Source: an uncultured Methanosarcinales archaeon (GTDB lineage Archaea > Nanobdellota > Nanobdellia > Woesearchaeales > GW2011-AR9). Taken from it: 64,000 nt of DNA. The translations under genes were made by a program, and so were the position numbers. Positions within the stretch are counted from its first letter, which is position 1, and each line of letters opens with the position of its first letter. The notes under the pieces are model-generated. The model did no database searches. It was not told the DNA's origin and was given only the letters and a program-made list of their open reading frames with translations. This document shows positions 19,735-28,512 of the stretch, piece by piece. The stretch lies in assembly GCA_964373955.1 (NCBI GenBank), contig CAYJXA010000006.1, positions 1,735 to 65,734 on the forward strand, in the 5' to 3' direction.

Positions 19735-22512
19735 ATGTTGGCAGTAGCAGAACGCATTTCGGATTTGGATGAGCTTCTTCTGGCAAATGTTTCTTCTACG
19801 ACTGCAGTGCGGCGGCATCTTGGAGCATATACTTTCTCTACCTATGTGCGGCGGGAAGACGGTGGCTTAGCTCCCCGGGAAGCGGAGATTGGGTTTTCCT
19901 ATACTCCTCGAGGTCTTCATTTTCTTTTACATGTTGGTGACCAGCGTATTGGTTCAGGGGTTGTAAGTGCTACTGAAGATAGGATGGTGGAATTATTACG
20001 AAGAAGAAATCTTGCGGTGAAACAGTCCGTATCTCCTGATTCCAGTGATAGGGTTTACGTAGAAACAGTTGATAATCTTTCCGTTGTTCGCATTGGATCT
20101 GTTGTAGAAGAAGCACGGCGATTTGATGCCTCCGGACTGGAATATTTTGGTGACGGGGTTTATCTGCCCACTGGATTAATAGAAAAACTAGCAGTCCCAG
20201 AACGAATCCAAGATTCTTTGCCGGGGGACCATACTCCAACCCCTTCTACTCAAGGGTATTATGCCATTAATCCTCGGGATGATCCAGCAATGAAAACTGC
20301 TAAATTCTTTGCTAATCTCACTTTGAGAGAAGAATTCATCGATGGAAGATTTGTGTTAGACGGAAAGCGATATGGATTTCAAGATACATTATCTGTAGGA
20401 GATGCGCAGCGTTTTACCAATCAACATATCCTCACCTTGCAAGAACGAAGGAATAAAATCCAAGATGCCATTCCCGAATTAAAAGTTCACACTCTACGTT
20501 ATCACCCATTTACTGTTCTTTATGCGTTGCACTATCCTGAGGGAAAGCGATTCACTGCTGCAGCGAAGGTAATGAAAGCTCTCTTCTTAGATCAAGCAGG
20601 ATTAGAAGAAATGAAAGGGGGACCATTAAAATTGGAGGGAGAAGGAATTCTCCGTACCAGTGTTATTGAAGCGTACACTTATCTTCATCAACAAGTTTGG
20701 GATTACCTCTCTGCTCATGCCTATGATGTACCTGCCTTGAGCGGGGAAAGAAGAGAAGCAGCAGTAAAGCCCACAAATGCAGCGAGAGTAGATTCTTCTG
20801 CAATATTGCAAGGACAGACGTTTCAATCTCTTGCCATCCTACAACCTGATGGAAGTTATGTTTTGCCTTTGCTTCTCGCGGGAAAGCTGCTTCCCACTTC
20901 ACTAGAAGCGCGTTTGGTTGTTGGTGAGGCTGCTAGGATTATAACTCGAGAAGGAACGGTGGCAGTAGTAGGGAAAAGTACGCTCCCCCCTCCAGATGAA
21001 AAGAATCGGCTTGTAACTTATCGTTGTTCTGCTGATCGATCAACTATTACTATAGAGAGCATTGCTCCGAGCGAGGTAGGATTAGATCGCATTGTTCGTC
21101 TTGCAAGTGTTGCGATTGCAACTTCTCTGCCTGCAGCTGTGGAGAGGACTGTGCCAGCTGCTGCTGCCCTCCCTCCTGCCGAGAGAGTTGAACCTCCTGC
21201 AGCTCCGCGACCAGATGCAAGGGGAGCTATTAGTGCTTCTCAATATGATCCTAGTGCTCCTCCTGCGGATGCTACTATTGGTGTTGCAAAACTAACCCTC
21301 GCTCTCGGTGTTGATAGCGGCACATTTGCACGAGCGCGAGATGGTTTGCTGGGAGCAAAATTAATTTATCGACGCCCTCAGGATCAGGCACTTTGGGCAC
21401 CTGCAGATGCAATTAATGTAATTAGGGAAAGATTGGGCAGGCCGGCAGCTGTAGTTGGATCGATGTCTTCTTCTGCTGAAGCTGCACCGGCGGCTACAGG
21501 TGCAGCACTTTTGGCTCCTCATCGAGTGGATCCTCCTGAAGCACCAGATGAAGAATATGATCCTCGAGTTCATGTTCCATTAGGAACTTTAGTGAATGAG
21601 TTGGTTGTATTCTCTGCGCGCGATAGAGAACAAATTCATCCAGGTATCTTTGCCAAAGCAGCGCGAGAATTCCCGAGAGTACTTCGACAAGAAGATCGAG
21701 GAAGACCATTTCCTTTCATTCGACGTGGCGATGTTAGTGATCTTGTAAGCGTATTTGAAGGAGATGATCGTCTTACACTTGATGCGCTAGCAAAAGCAGG
21801 TATTGCCGCTGTCTATTCATTACCGGTAACGACCAAGGATGAAATGCCTTCAGCTATGACGGTTGATCTCGATCACCTTCTCCAGGATAGGGGAGTAGAT
21901 AATAGAACCATTGCCTTTTACCAAGCACGGCATCATCTGGCCCAATCAGGCGTGAGAGATAAGTTAAGATTAAAAGAGGGGAAATTTTTAGTTGCTTCCA
22001 CTGAACATAGAAGCGAAGTCACTCGAGTTTTGGATGCCTATCTTGCTGAAAGAGGCTTAGGTAATAATGGAAGAGGTGAGGATGAACGTTCTCTTGGTGG
22101 TAGAGCACCACCTCCTCAAAGAGATGATGATGGATCATTCTATCGGGGTTGTGCTGAAGCGTTAGTCGATCAAGGAAAAGTAACCACCGGAACGAGATCG
22201 GGGAATTTTTATGCTCATCTAAGATCTAATTTTGGAGTAGATGCTGTCCCGGAAGGAAGTGCACTTCTAAGTTATGCTCACGAATTAGCAAGAATACGAT
22301 TTGAGGAAGAGCGAAGAACGGAACCTTTAGAAACTGCAGTTGATCGGTTGAAACGGGAATTAGGAATCGGAGATGACGATGCTTTGAGTATTATTGAACG
22401 TACACTACAAGTTAAGGATACCTCCGTTCCAAGAGCTGCTCTTCTACGTCATATCGCGAAGATGAGATTTGTGAGAGATCATCCTTATTTTGCGGATAGG
22501 AGTTCTTCCTAA
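19735..22512 (+). CDS. Large (925 aa) hypothetical protein of atypical Ala/Arg/Gly/Pro-rich composition; likely horizontally acquired
   Basis: Long uninterrupted ORF with strong SD (aggggtgat) and TATA-like boxes upstream. Amino-acid and GC composition clearly differ from flanking genes. No recognisable catalytic motif. Confidence 0.6.
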   Translation: MLAVAERISDLDELLLANVSSTTAVRRHLGAYTFSTYVRREDGGLAPREAEIGFSYTPRGLHFLLHVGDQRIGSGVVSATEDRMVELLRRRNLAVKQSVSPDSSDRVYVETVDNLSVVRIGSVVEEARRFDASGLEYFGDGVYLPTGLIEKLAVPERIQDSLPGDHTPTPSTQGYYAINPRDDPAMKTAKFFANLTLREEFIDGRFVLDGKRYGFQDTLSVGDAQRFTNQHILTLQERRNKIQDAIPELKVHTLRYHPFTVLYALHYPEGKRFTAAAKVMKALFLDQAGLEEMKGGPLKLEGEGILRTSVIEAYTYLHQQVWDYLSAHAYDVPALSGERREAAVKPTNAARVDSSAILQGQTFQSLAILQPDGSYVLPLLLAGKLLPTSLEARLVVGEAARIITREGTVAVVGKSTLPPPDEKNRLVTYRCSADRSTITIESIAPSEVGLDRIVRLASVAIATSLPAAVERTVPAAAALPPAERVEPPAAPRPDARGAISASQYDPSAPPADATIGVAKLTLALGVDSGTFARARDGLLGAKLIYRRPQDQALWAPADAINVIRERLGRPAAVVGSMSSSAEAAPAATGAALLAPHRVDPPEAPDEEYDPRVHVPLGTLVNELVVFSARDREQIHPGIFAKAAREFPRVLRQEDRGRPFPFIRRGDVSDLVSVFEGDDRLTLDALAKAGIAAVYSLPVTTKDEMPSAMTVDLDHLLQDRGVDNRTIAFYQARHHLAQSGVRDKLRLKEGKFLVASTEHRSEVTRVLDAYLAERGLGNNGRGEDERSLGGRAPPPQRDDDGSFYRGCAEALVDQGKVTTGTRSGNFYAHLRSNFGVDAVPEGSALLSYAHELARIRFEEERRTEPLETAVDRLKRELGIGDDDALSIIERTLQVKDTSVPRAALLRHIAKMRFVRDHPYFADRSSS

Positions 22513-22534
22513 ATTCGTGAAAGGGGAAAACTAC

Positions 22535-23248
22535 CTAATTTAATCCTACAATCTCCTCTACTGAAGTTAATCCTGCGGGAGCAGAAGAGATTCCCCGGCG
22601 AAGCACTTCATGAACATAATGTTTACTGCCCGTAAAATCTTGATGTAATATCTCTGCCACTCGTTCTACAGGAAACCCCTGTTTGTATGCCCGAGGGCTG
22701 GACAAGGCATCATACACATCCGCTGCCGCTAGGGCCTGAGAGAGTCCTTCTACCACTAAATCCCGTTGCCGTCGTTCAGGTATATTTGAACGAGGAATAG
22801 TCCGTCGATCTTTTCCGCTGCGGGGATATGATCGAATTCCTTGGTATTCATGATGGCCCACCACAATTTTACTAATAGATTCCGGCAAACGAAGCTGAGG
22901 ATCTTGGTGCGCAGCAGATTCTCGCAGGGTCATGAATCCTAAGCGGACATGGGCTTTGATTGCTCTCCATTCCTCTTCAGAAGGTTTGCCATCCTTCTCC
23001 AGCAAACAGTAGGCTACTCCTCTTTTTCCTACATCATGGAGCATTCCTGCCAATCCTAGCTCATACACTACTCTTTCAGGAAGGCCTAAACTATGTCCAA
23101 TATCAATTGCAAGCAAACCCGTTCGCAAGCAGTGAAGCCGGGAATCAGCATGGTGTTGCTCTAAAGAATCGAGAAAGTACCGCACCGCTGGGCTGGAGGC
23201 TAACTCGTGAAACAGGATCCTACTTTGCGGGTAGAACACGGGAAACAT
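22535..23248 (-). CDS. HD-domain phosphohydrolase
   Basis: H...HD motif (GMLHDVGK) plus downstream His/Asp; 237 aa; Arg/Ala-rich like its neighbour. Confidence 0.6.
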   Translation of the reverse strand: MFPVFYPQSRILFHELASSPAVRYFLDSLEQHHADSRLHCLRTGLLAIDIGHSLGLPERVVYELGLAGMLHDVGKRGVAYCLLEKDGKPSEEEWRAIKAHVRLGFMTLRESAAHQDPQLRLPESISKIVVGHHEYQGIRSYPRSGKDRRTIPRSNIPERRQRDLVVEGLSQALAAADVYDALSSPRAYKQGFPVERVAEILHQDFTGSKHYVHEVLRRGISSAPAGLTSVEEIVGLN

Positions 23249-23294
23249 AAGAAGATAAGAGCATTAATGTTAAAATATGCTCTTCTTAAGAATC

Positions 23295-24218
23295 TTAAGA
23301 ATTTATTTTCTTAATCACATAAAATATCTCATTCTTGAATTCGAGAATAGTGAATGAGTACCCTACTCTTTTGCATAGCCATTCCATCCAATTTCGCCGG
23401 GGAACATTCATCACCTTGCCGCTCATGGTCTTGGTAGGAAAACTCACCACCACAAATCGAGCGGGGATATTCCGGAGTACGCTCTCTGTAACTTTATGCC
23501 CTTTTCCCAGATCCAGGACATCCGTCATTTTAAACAGGAAACAAACATCTGCTTTTTCCGCATGGGTAATGGTAATCCAATGCTTTACATCCAGAACTTC
23601 TGCTTTTCCACTAAAGGAGGGATGCTGCCGATGCCACCACGTAAAAAATTGCTGGAGAAAATCTATTTCATCTTCGCTTATATCAAATGCAGAGTATTTT
23701 AGCTTTTGTACTTTCATAAAGGGAATAGAAAAAGGATTTATCCCGCAGCCCAGGTCGATGATTGTTGCTGGACTGCCGGTGACCTGAAAAATGCGTGAAT
23801 ACAGCTGTTCGTAAAATGGAATTCTTTCTTTAGTTGAAGAATGGGTGGACAGAATTTTCTGTACGAGCTCCCGGTGCTTTGCAGAAGGAGTCTTCCCTAA
23901 CAAAGCTACCAATTCTTTCCTTTCCCGCGCTTCTTCTTCTATCCGGAACAAACCATACACTTTCCGCAAATTGGCGCGGATGTCTTTGATGATAGATTTG
24001 TATTGCGCCGATCTCTTGCTAAATGGTGCGGAAAGGAAGAGCCTAGCCTTGGGATTCTGGTGCAAATACGAAGCCAGATTTTCTGTAACGAATTCTTTGC
24101 TAATCTTCCGTAACTCTTTTTTTTGTGTAATATCAATGATTAAAGAAGGCAGGGTTCCTTCCGGAATAGTCTTTCTTGCGGTCATTTCTATCACTCTTCC
24201 TGTTCGGGAAAAGAACAA
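23295..24218 (-). CDS. ArmA/Rmt (FmrO) family 16S rRNA (guanine1405-N7)-methyltransferase homolog
   Basis: Motif matches to ArmA/RmtB as recalled: HSSTKERIPFYEQLY (HSSTNER...), IIDLGCGINPFSIPF (ILDFGCGFNPLAL), YSAFDISEDEIDFL (YHAYDIDRAEIAFL), VCFLFKMTDVL (VVFLLKMLPVL), VVSFPTKTMSGK (VISFPIKSLSGK). About 60 extra N-terminal residues. Confidence 0.65.
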   Translation of the reverse strand: MFFSRTGRVIEMTARKTIPEGTLPSLIIDITQKKELRKISKEFVTENLASYLHQNPKARLFLSAPFSKRSAQYKSIIKDIRANLRKVYGLFRIEEEARERKELVALLGKTPSAKHRELVQKILSTHSSTKERIPFYEQLYSRIFQVTGSPATIIDLGCGINPFSIPFMKVQKLKYSAFDISEDEIDFLQQFFTWWHRQHPSFSGKAEVLDVKHWITITHAEKADVCFLFKMTDVLDLGKGHKVTESVLRNIPARFVVVSFPTKTMSGKVMNVPRRNWMEWLCKRVGYSFTILEFKNEIFYVIKKINS

Positions 24219-24259
24219 ACTATAAAAAGCTTTTTAAAGCCTTGAAGCTAGCTCGTCTT

Positions 24260-24922
24260 ATGCAAGATAAAGTGGGAATGCTCCGCCGTCGTGGTAAGAG
24301 AATATGGGATTTTTTCTGGCATGAAGATTCTCTCTGGAGTTGGCTTGCTAATATTGTGGTTGCTTTTTTAGTGATACGATATCTTATTTATCCCGTCTTG
24401 GGAATAGTTCTGGGAACGAGCTACCCCATTGTTGCAGTGGTAAGCGAGAGCATGGAGCATGGGTTGTACAATGGCGTTATGTGCGGGAAAAGTCTCCCTG
24501 ATTTTAAAGAGTCTTTTGACAATTACTGGGAAGTATGCGGGGAATGGTATGAACAAAAGGGGATTACTCAAGAGCAATTCAAAGCTTTCCCTTTTAAGAA
24601 TGGGTTTAATAAAGGGGATGTCATTATTCTCTGGAAAGCGAATAAAGCAAATCTTGAAGTAGGGGATATTTTGGTATTTCGAGGGAATCGCCCACAGCCC
24701 ATTATTCACCGAATCGTAGACATCTCCGATAGTGGCAATGAGTATTACATCCAAACAAAGGGAGACCACAATAGTAAAAGTATTGAAGGGGGGATGGGGG
24801 AAACCCACATCATTGAAGAAAGAATCGTAGGAAAAGGAGTGCTGCGACTTCCTTATCTTGGATGGGTAAAAATTTTATTTGTTGATGCAGTGCGGCCGTT
24901 GGGAATTAATATTCAGCGATAG
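24260..24922 (+). CDS. Signal peptidase I (archaeal/eukaryal S26B, Sec11-like)
   Basis: TM helix then catalytic-Ser box VVSESMEH. ATG at 24260 chosen over the track start (24176), which overlaps the convergent methyltransferase gene. Confidence 0.65.
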   Translation: MQDKVGMLRRRGKRIWDFFWHEDSLWSWLANIVVAFLVIRYLIYPVLGIVLGTSYPIVAVVSESMEHGLYNGVMCGKSLPDFKESFDNYWEVCGEWYEQKGITQEQFKAFPFKNGFNKGDVIILWKANKANLEVGDILVFRGNRPQPIIHRIVDISDSGNEYYIQTKGDHNSKSIEGGMGETHIIEERIVGKGVLRLPYLGWVKILFVDAVRPLGINIQR

Positions 24923-24928
24923 AGGACT

Positions 24929-26461
24929 TTAAATGAACCCTATCGGGGGGGCATACCGTCTGCAAAAGTCCCGAATTTCTACATCTAACCTTTTGGTTGC
25001 AGCAACATCAACATGGGATCGTACTTGCGCTACCCCTCTTCTGAAGTCAGCATCAGTAATAGGGAAATTATTTGGGTCTTCCTCCCTACATCTTCGGAGA
25101 GCAGCGCTTAACGGTTCTTCAGGATGCTGATGCGATCCAGCAAGTCGTTTCATGGCTTGTACCGCTGCAACATTGCATACCTCTTCAATTTCCCTGGGGG
25201 TGAAACCATCGGTTTGGTCAACTAATTCGGCAAAGGAAACGTCTGAATGAAGCGGTTTTGAAGCAGTATGGATGGTAAAAACTTCCTGACGAAGGGCTGC
25301 ATTGGGAAGGGGGAGATGCAATAAATATCCTATCCTTCCAAATTGAAGAAATCGTGGATCAAGCCCCATAGGATAATTTGTTGCTCCGCATAAACGTATG
25401 CCATCGCTCCATACTCCTTGTAATTTATTGAGTAAGCTAGAGACGGATGCAGGATGACTATGCCCGTCTAAAGCGACATCTTTCATTACGGTTTCAACAT
25501 CATCGCAGTAGAGTACAATTGGAACCTCCGTTCGGGAACGCAATTCTCGAACACCTTCGAAAATGGAGTGCCCTTCTCCTTTCTTATCTGACGCTAGTTC
25601 TAATAAAGTTGTTGCTTCTATTGGCACAAATAAGCTTCCCAAATCTTCTAACGCTAAAATCTTTGCGAGAGTAGTTTTTCCCAGTCCGGGAACGCTCGCC
25701 ACTAACACCGATTGTTCTCGTACACCGTATTTCCTTGCCACGGAAGGATTGAGTGAAGCTCCAAAAACCGTCCAGCGGATAAATTCTAGTACTTCCTGTA
25801 ATCCGGCTACTTGTCGTTCAGAAGTGGGTTCAACTGAAGAAGGGACAGTAGAACGGTATAAATCGTAGAGGAGCGGCGAGGTCTTTGTGCATTCTTCCCC
25901 CGCAAGGATGCGGGATATTTGAACAGTATGTTCTAAAAAATCAAGATAGGAACATCGGGGCTGATCTCGCATTTCGATAAAGCCCTGTCCTTGATAAAGC
26001 CATCTTTGAGAATGTGAAGGTACTCTTTTTGCTTCCGCCGCGGAAGAAAATAATCGAGAAACCCATAGTCCTGTTGCAAAGCCATCCTGGCGATCGGAAA
26101 AGAGGTATCCTCTAATATCCTTTTTGACTTTGGCGTTTGGCGCGCGATAAGATTCGATAGCTCTTGTTGCTCCGAAAGGGTCTTTTCGATGATAGACTCT
26201 TCCATCAGGATAGAGTTGTGAAAGATAATGTTCTAATGCATGAACTTTTTCTTCCGAAAGGGGGACTTTCCATCCCACCATAACCCTATTTTCAATATCT
26301 GGGTATTTGCCAGTCTCTCGGACCGGAGAGAAGGTGAAATACTCCGGAGAAACACCCCCATATTGCTGCACTTTCCTTCGGGCAAGTTCAAAAATAGTTT
26401 CACGAACTATTCTTCCATCATTACTAAACTCTTGAAGAAGAGGATTATATCGCTGGAGCAT
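24929..26461 (-). CDS. AAA+ ATPase with about 250-aa unique N-terminal domain
   Basis: Walker A GLGKTT, Walker B VLYCDDVE, sensor/Arg-finger region GATNYP; 510 aa. Confidence 0.65.
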   Translation of the reverse strand: MLQRYNPLLQEFSNDGRIVRETIFELARRKVQQYGGVSPEYFTFSPVRETGKYPDIENRVMVGWKVPLSEEKVHALEHYLSQLYPDGRVYHRKDPFGATRAIESYRAPNAKVKKDIRGYLFSDRQDGFATGLWVSRLFSSAAEAKRVPSHSQRWLYQGQGFIEMRDQPRCSYLDFLEHTVQISRILAGEECTKTSPLLYDLYRSTVPSSVEPTSERQVAGLQEVLEFIRWTVFGASLNPSVARKYGVREQSVLVASVPGLGKTTLAKILALEDLGSLFVPIEATTLLELASDKKGEGHSIFEGVRELRSRTEVPIVLYCDDVETVMKDVALDGHSHPASVSSLLNKLQGVWSDGIRLCGATNYPMGLDPRFLQFGRIGYLLHLPLPNAALRQEVFTIHTASKPLHSDVSFAELVDQTDGFTPREIEEVCNVAAVQAMKRLAGSHQHPEEPLSAALRRCREEDPNNFPITDADFRRGVAQVRSHVDVAATKRLDVEIRDFCRRYAPPIGFI

Positions 26462-26581
26462 GATTTTGCTGTGGAGGGGGCTCCTTAATAAGAATTATTC
26501 TCCTCAAGAAGTGATAAGCTAGAACGACAAATTATTTAAAGGGGAAGTCGTTTTCTTTCTGAATGGAAAAGGTGATTTGAA

Positions 26582-26896
26582 ATGTTTTGTCCAAAATGCG
26601 GTTCTTTGCTTCGTCCTAAAGAGAAATCCGGTAAGAAAATCCTCTATTGTAGCTGTGGTTTTACCAAAGCCCCTGGGGGAGAAACAACCACCGAATTAAG
26701 AGAAAAAGCCAACACCGGTAAGAAAATAGAAGTAATTGAAAACGTTGAAACCCATCCCAAGATCAAGATTAATTGTGAAAAGTGCGGAAATAAAGTTGCG
26801 TATTATTGGACTCAACAAACCAGGGGAGCTGATGAACCAGAAACGAGGTTCTTTAAGTGCGCTAAATGTAATTACACCTGGAGAGAATATTCATGA
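26582..26896 (+). CDS. tfs: Transcription factor S (TFIIS-type zinc ribbon)
   Basis: N-terminal CPKCGS...CSCG ribbon. C-terminal CEKCG...QQTRGADEPETRFFKCAKCNYTW with the catalytic acidic hairpin. Confidence 0.8.
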   Translation: MFCPKCGSLLRPKEKSGKKILYCSCGFTKAPGGETTTELREKANTGKKIEVIENVETHPKIKINCEKCGNKVAYYWTQQTRGADEPETRFFKCAKCNYTWREYS

Positions 26897-27411
26897 CCTT
26901 AGCTGGAGAACCAAAGGCAGTCTTTGATTCCCTTTCTAAAACTGACTCTTATAAACAATGGGTAGAACAGCATCCTCAAGGGTTTCTGACTCATTTCTTC
27001 TGCCAACTAGACCAAGAATGTACCCTTAAGAGCCAGTGGGAGGTTGGCTTTTTTGAACCATCCATTGGCAAGATAACCGTCTTTGTTCCTTTGCCTAATG
27101 GCGACTCGGAGATTAAACCGGCAGATGATGTTTTTAAGAAAGATACAACTGAAGTTGAAAAATTAAACTGGAATGAAGTTAAGATGAGCTTTGAAGATGC
27201 TATTAAAATATGGAAAGAAAATCTTCCCCGGCAATTTCCCAATGAGACTATTGGCGACGGCTTTATTATCTTACAGACTTTTCAAGAGCAAACGGTGTGG
27301 AATTTTACCTTTATAACCAAAGCCTTGCGATTTATTAATATGAAAATTCTTGCTGCTGATGGCACCATAGCATCGCATCAGACTATTAATCTGGTGCAGG
27401 GGAAGGAATAA
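26893..27411 (+). CDS. Hypothetical protein
   Basis: ORF whose start overlaps the tfs stop by 4 nt (operon-like). Confidence 0.35.
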   Translation: MTLAGEPKAVFDSLSKTDSYKQWVEQHPQGFLTHFFCQLDQECTLKSQWEVGFFEPSIGKITVFVPLPNGDSEIKPADDVFKKDTTEVEKLNWNEVKMSFEDAIKIWKENLPRQFPNETIGDGFIILQTFQEQTVWNFTFITKALRFINMKILAADGTIASHQTINLVQGKE

Positions 27412-27569
27412 TTCTCTCTTGAGAAAAAAGCAGGCAGAAAGATATAAAAACAACAAGCAGTAGTAAAATTGTTTTTTATTTCTGAAGTGGTATCGCTTTC
27501 AAAACTATAGTTTGCAAGTCAAAAGTATTTATATATCGAATTCGTTTCTCTCCTGCTTGTGATAGATGT

Positions 27570-27602
27570 GATGCAACTCCCGGGATGATTGCATCTTTTT
27601 TT
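27570..27602 (+). terminator. Hairpin (7-bp stem gatgcaa/ttgcatc, 12-nt loop containing cccggg) followed by T7
   Basis: Inverted repeat 27570-27576 / 27589-27595, then tttttttat. It sits about 160 nt beyond the upstream gene, so it may instead mark the 3' end of a small RNA. Confidence 0.35.
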
Positions 27603-27804
27603 ATCTAAAAGAGGTGGTAGATATCTCACAAAAAATATCGTACAAGGCAAAAATACAAAGCCAGAATCTTAATTCTTTTTTTACAGAGAAGATAACAAAA
27701 GAAGAGAAAGAGAAAGAAGAATAATATTAGAAGAGGATTAAGAGTAGTAAAACTTCCTTTTCTTTCATTTTCTCTCTGAGCTATAAGAACTTATATATAC
27801 TTCA

Positions 27805-28416
27805 TTGAAAAACGTACAACCCATGAACAAATTTATTTGCTTGGTGGGGATGTGTGGTTCAGGAAAATCTGTTCTCGCAGATGCCCTGGTTGCAAAAAAT
27901 TATTTATTCTTTCGCTTTGGCCAAATAACTATGGATCTTATTAAAGAGAGAGGTCTAGCGGTAAGCGAAGAAAATGAGCGAGCAATTCGCGAACAAATCA
28001 GGAAGGAGCATGGCATGGGAGCGTATGCCTTTCTCAATAGAGATAAAATAAAGGTACTGCTGCAGCAGGGAAATGTTGTTGGTGATGGCCTCTATAGCTG
28101 GTCAGAATACAAGATATTAAAGCAAGAACTTGGAGCGCAATTGATTGTTATAGCGGTGTACTCGCCTCCTCACCTTCGATACCAGCGTCTTATTCATCGA
28201 AAACAGGATGGGCAGCGATCAGCTCTGCGTAATAGGCCTCTCACTGAAGAGCAAGCCAAGGCAAGAGATTATGCAGAGATTGAGAACATTGAAAAAGGCG
28301 GGCCAATTGCTATGGCCGACTATACTCTCATGAATACAGGAACGATTAGCGATCTGCTACGCCAATTCCAATTGGTAATGGCAGAGATCGAGTCTACCAA
28401 TCTTCTACAGTCATAA
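27805..28416 (+). CDS. P-loop nucleoside/nucleotide kinase-like protein
   Basis: Walker A VGMCGSGKS near the N-terminus; about 200 aa (dNMP/adenylate-kinase-like size). Confidence 0.55.
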   Translation: MKNVQPMNKFICLVGMCGSGKSVLADALVAKNYLFFRFGQITMDLIKERGLAVSEENERAIREQIRKEHGMGAYAFLNRDKIKVLLQQGNVVGDGLYSWSEYKILKQELGAQLIVIAVYSPPHLRYQRLIHRKQDGQRSALRNRPLTEEQAKARDYAEIENIEKGGPIAMADYTLMNTGTISDLLRQFQLVMAEIESTNLLQS

Positions 28417-28512
28417 TTTATTCCTGTCCTTCTATAGTCTCGTGTATAGAAATCTCAGTAGTGTAATTCCATACTCATAATTCTTTTAAAGCAATCTTTA
28501 ATCCCAGCCTAG

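Noticed and set aside
23335-23787. ORFs 23335..23787 and 23496..23702 (+) inside the rRNA methyltransferase gene
   Set aside because: They are antisense to a gene with strong family motifs and have no motifs of their own.
24176-24259. N-terminal 28 residues of the signal peptidase ORF as listed
   Set aside because: This stretch overlaps the convergent methyltransferase gene by 43 nt. An internal ATG at 24260 precedes the TM helix, so the start was reassigned.
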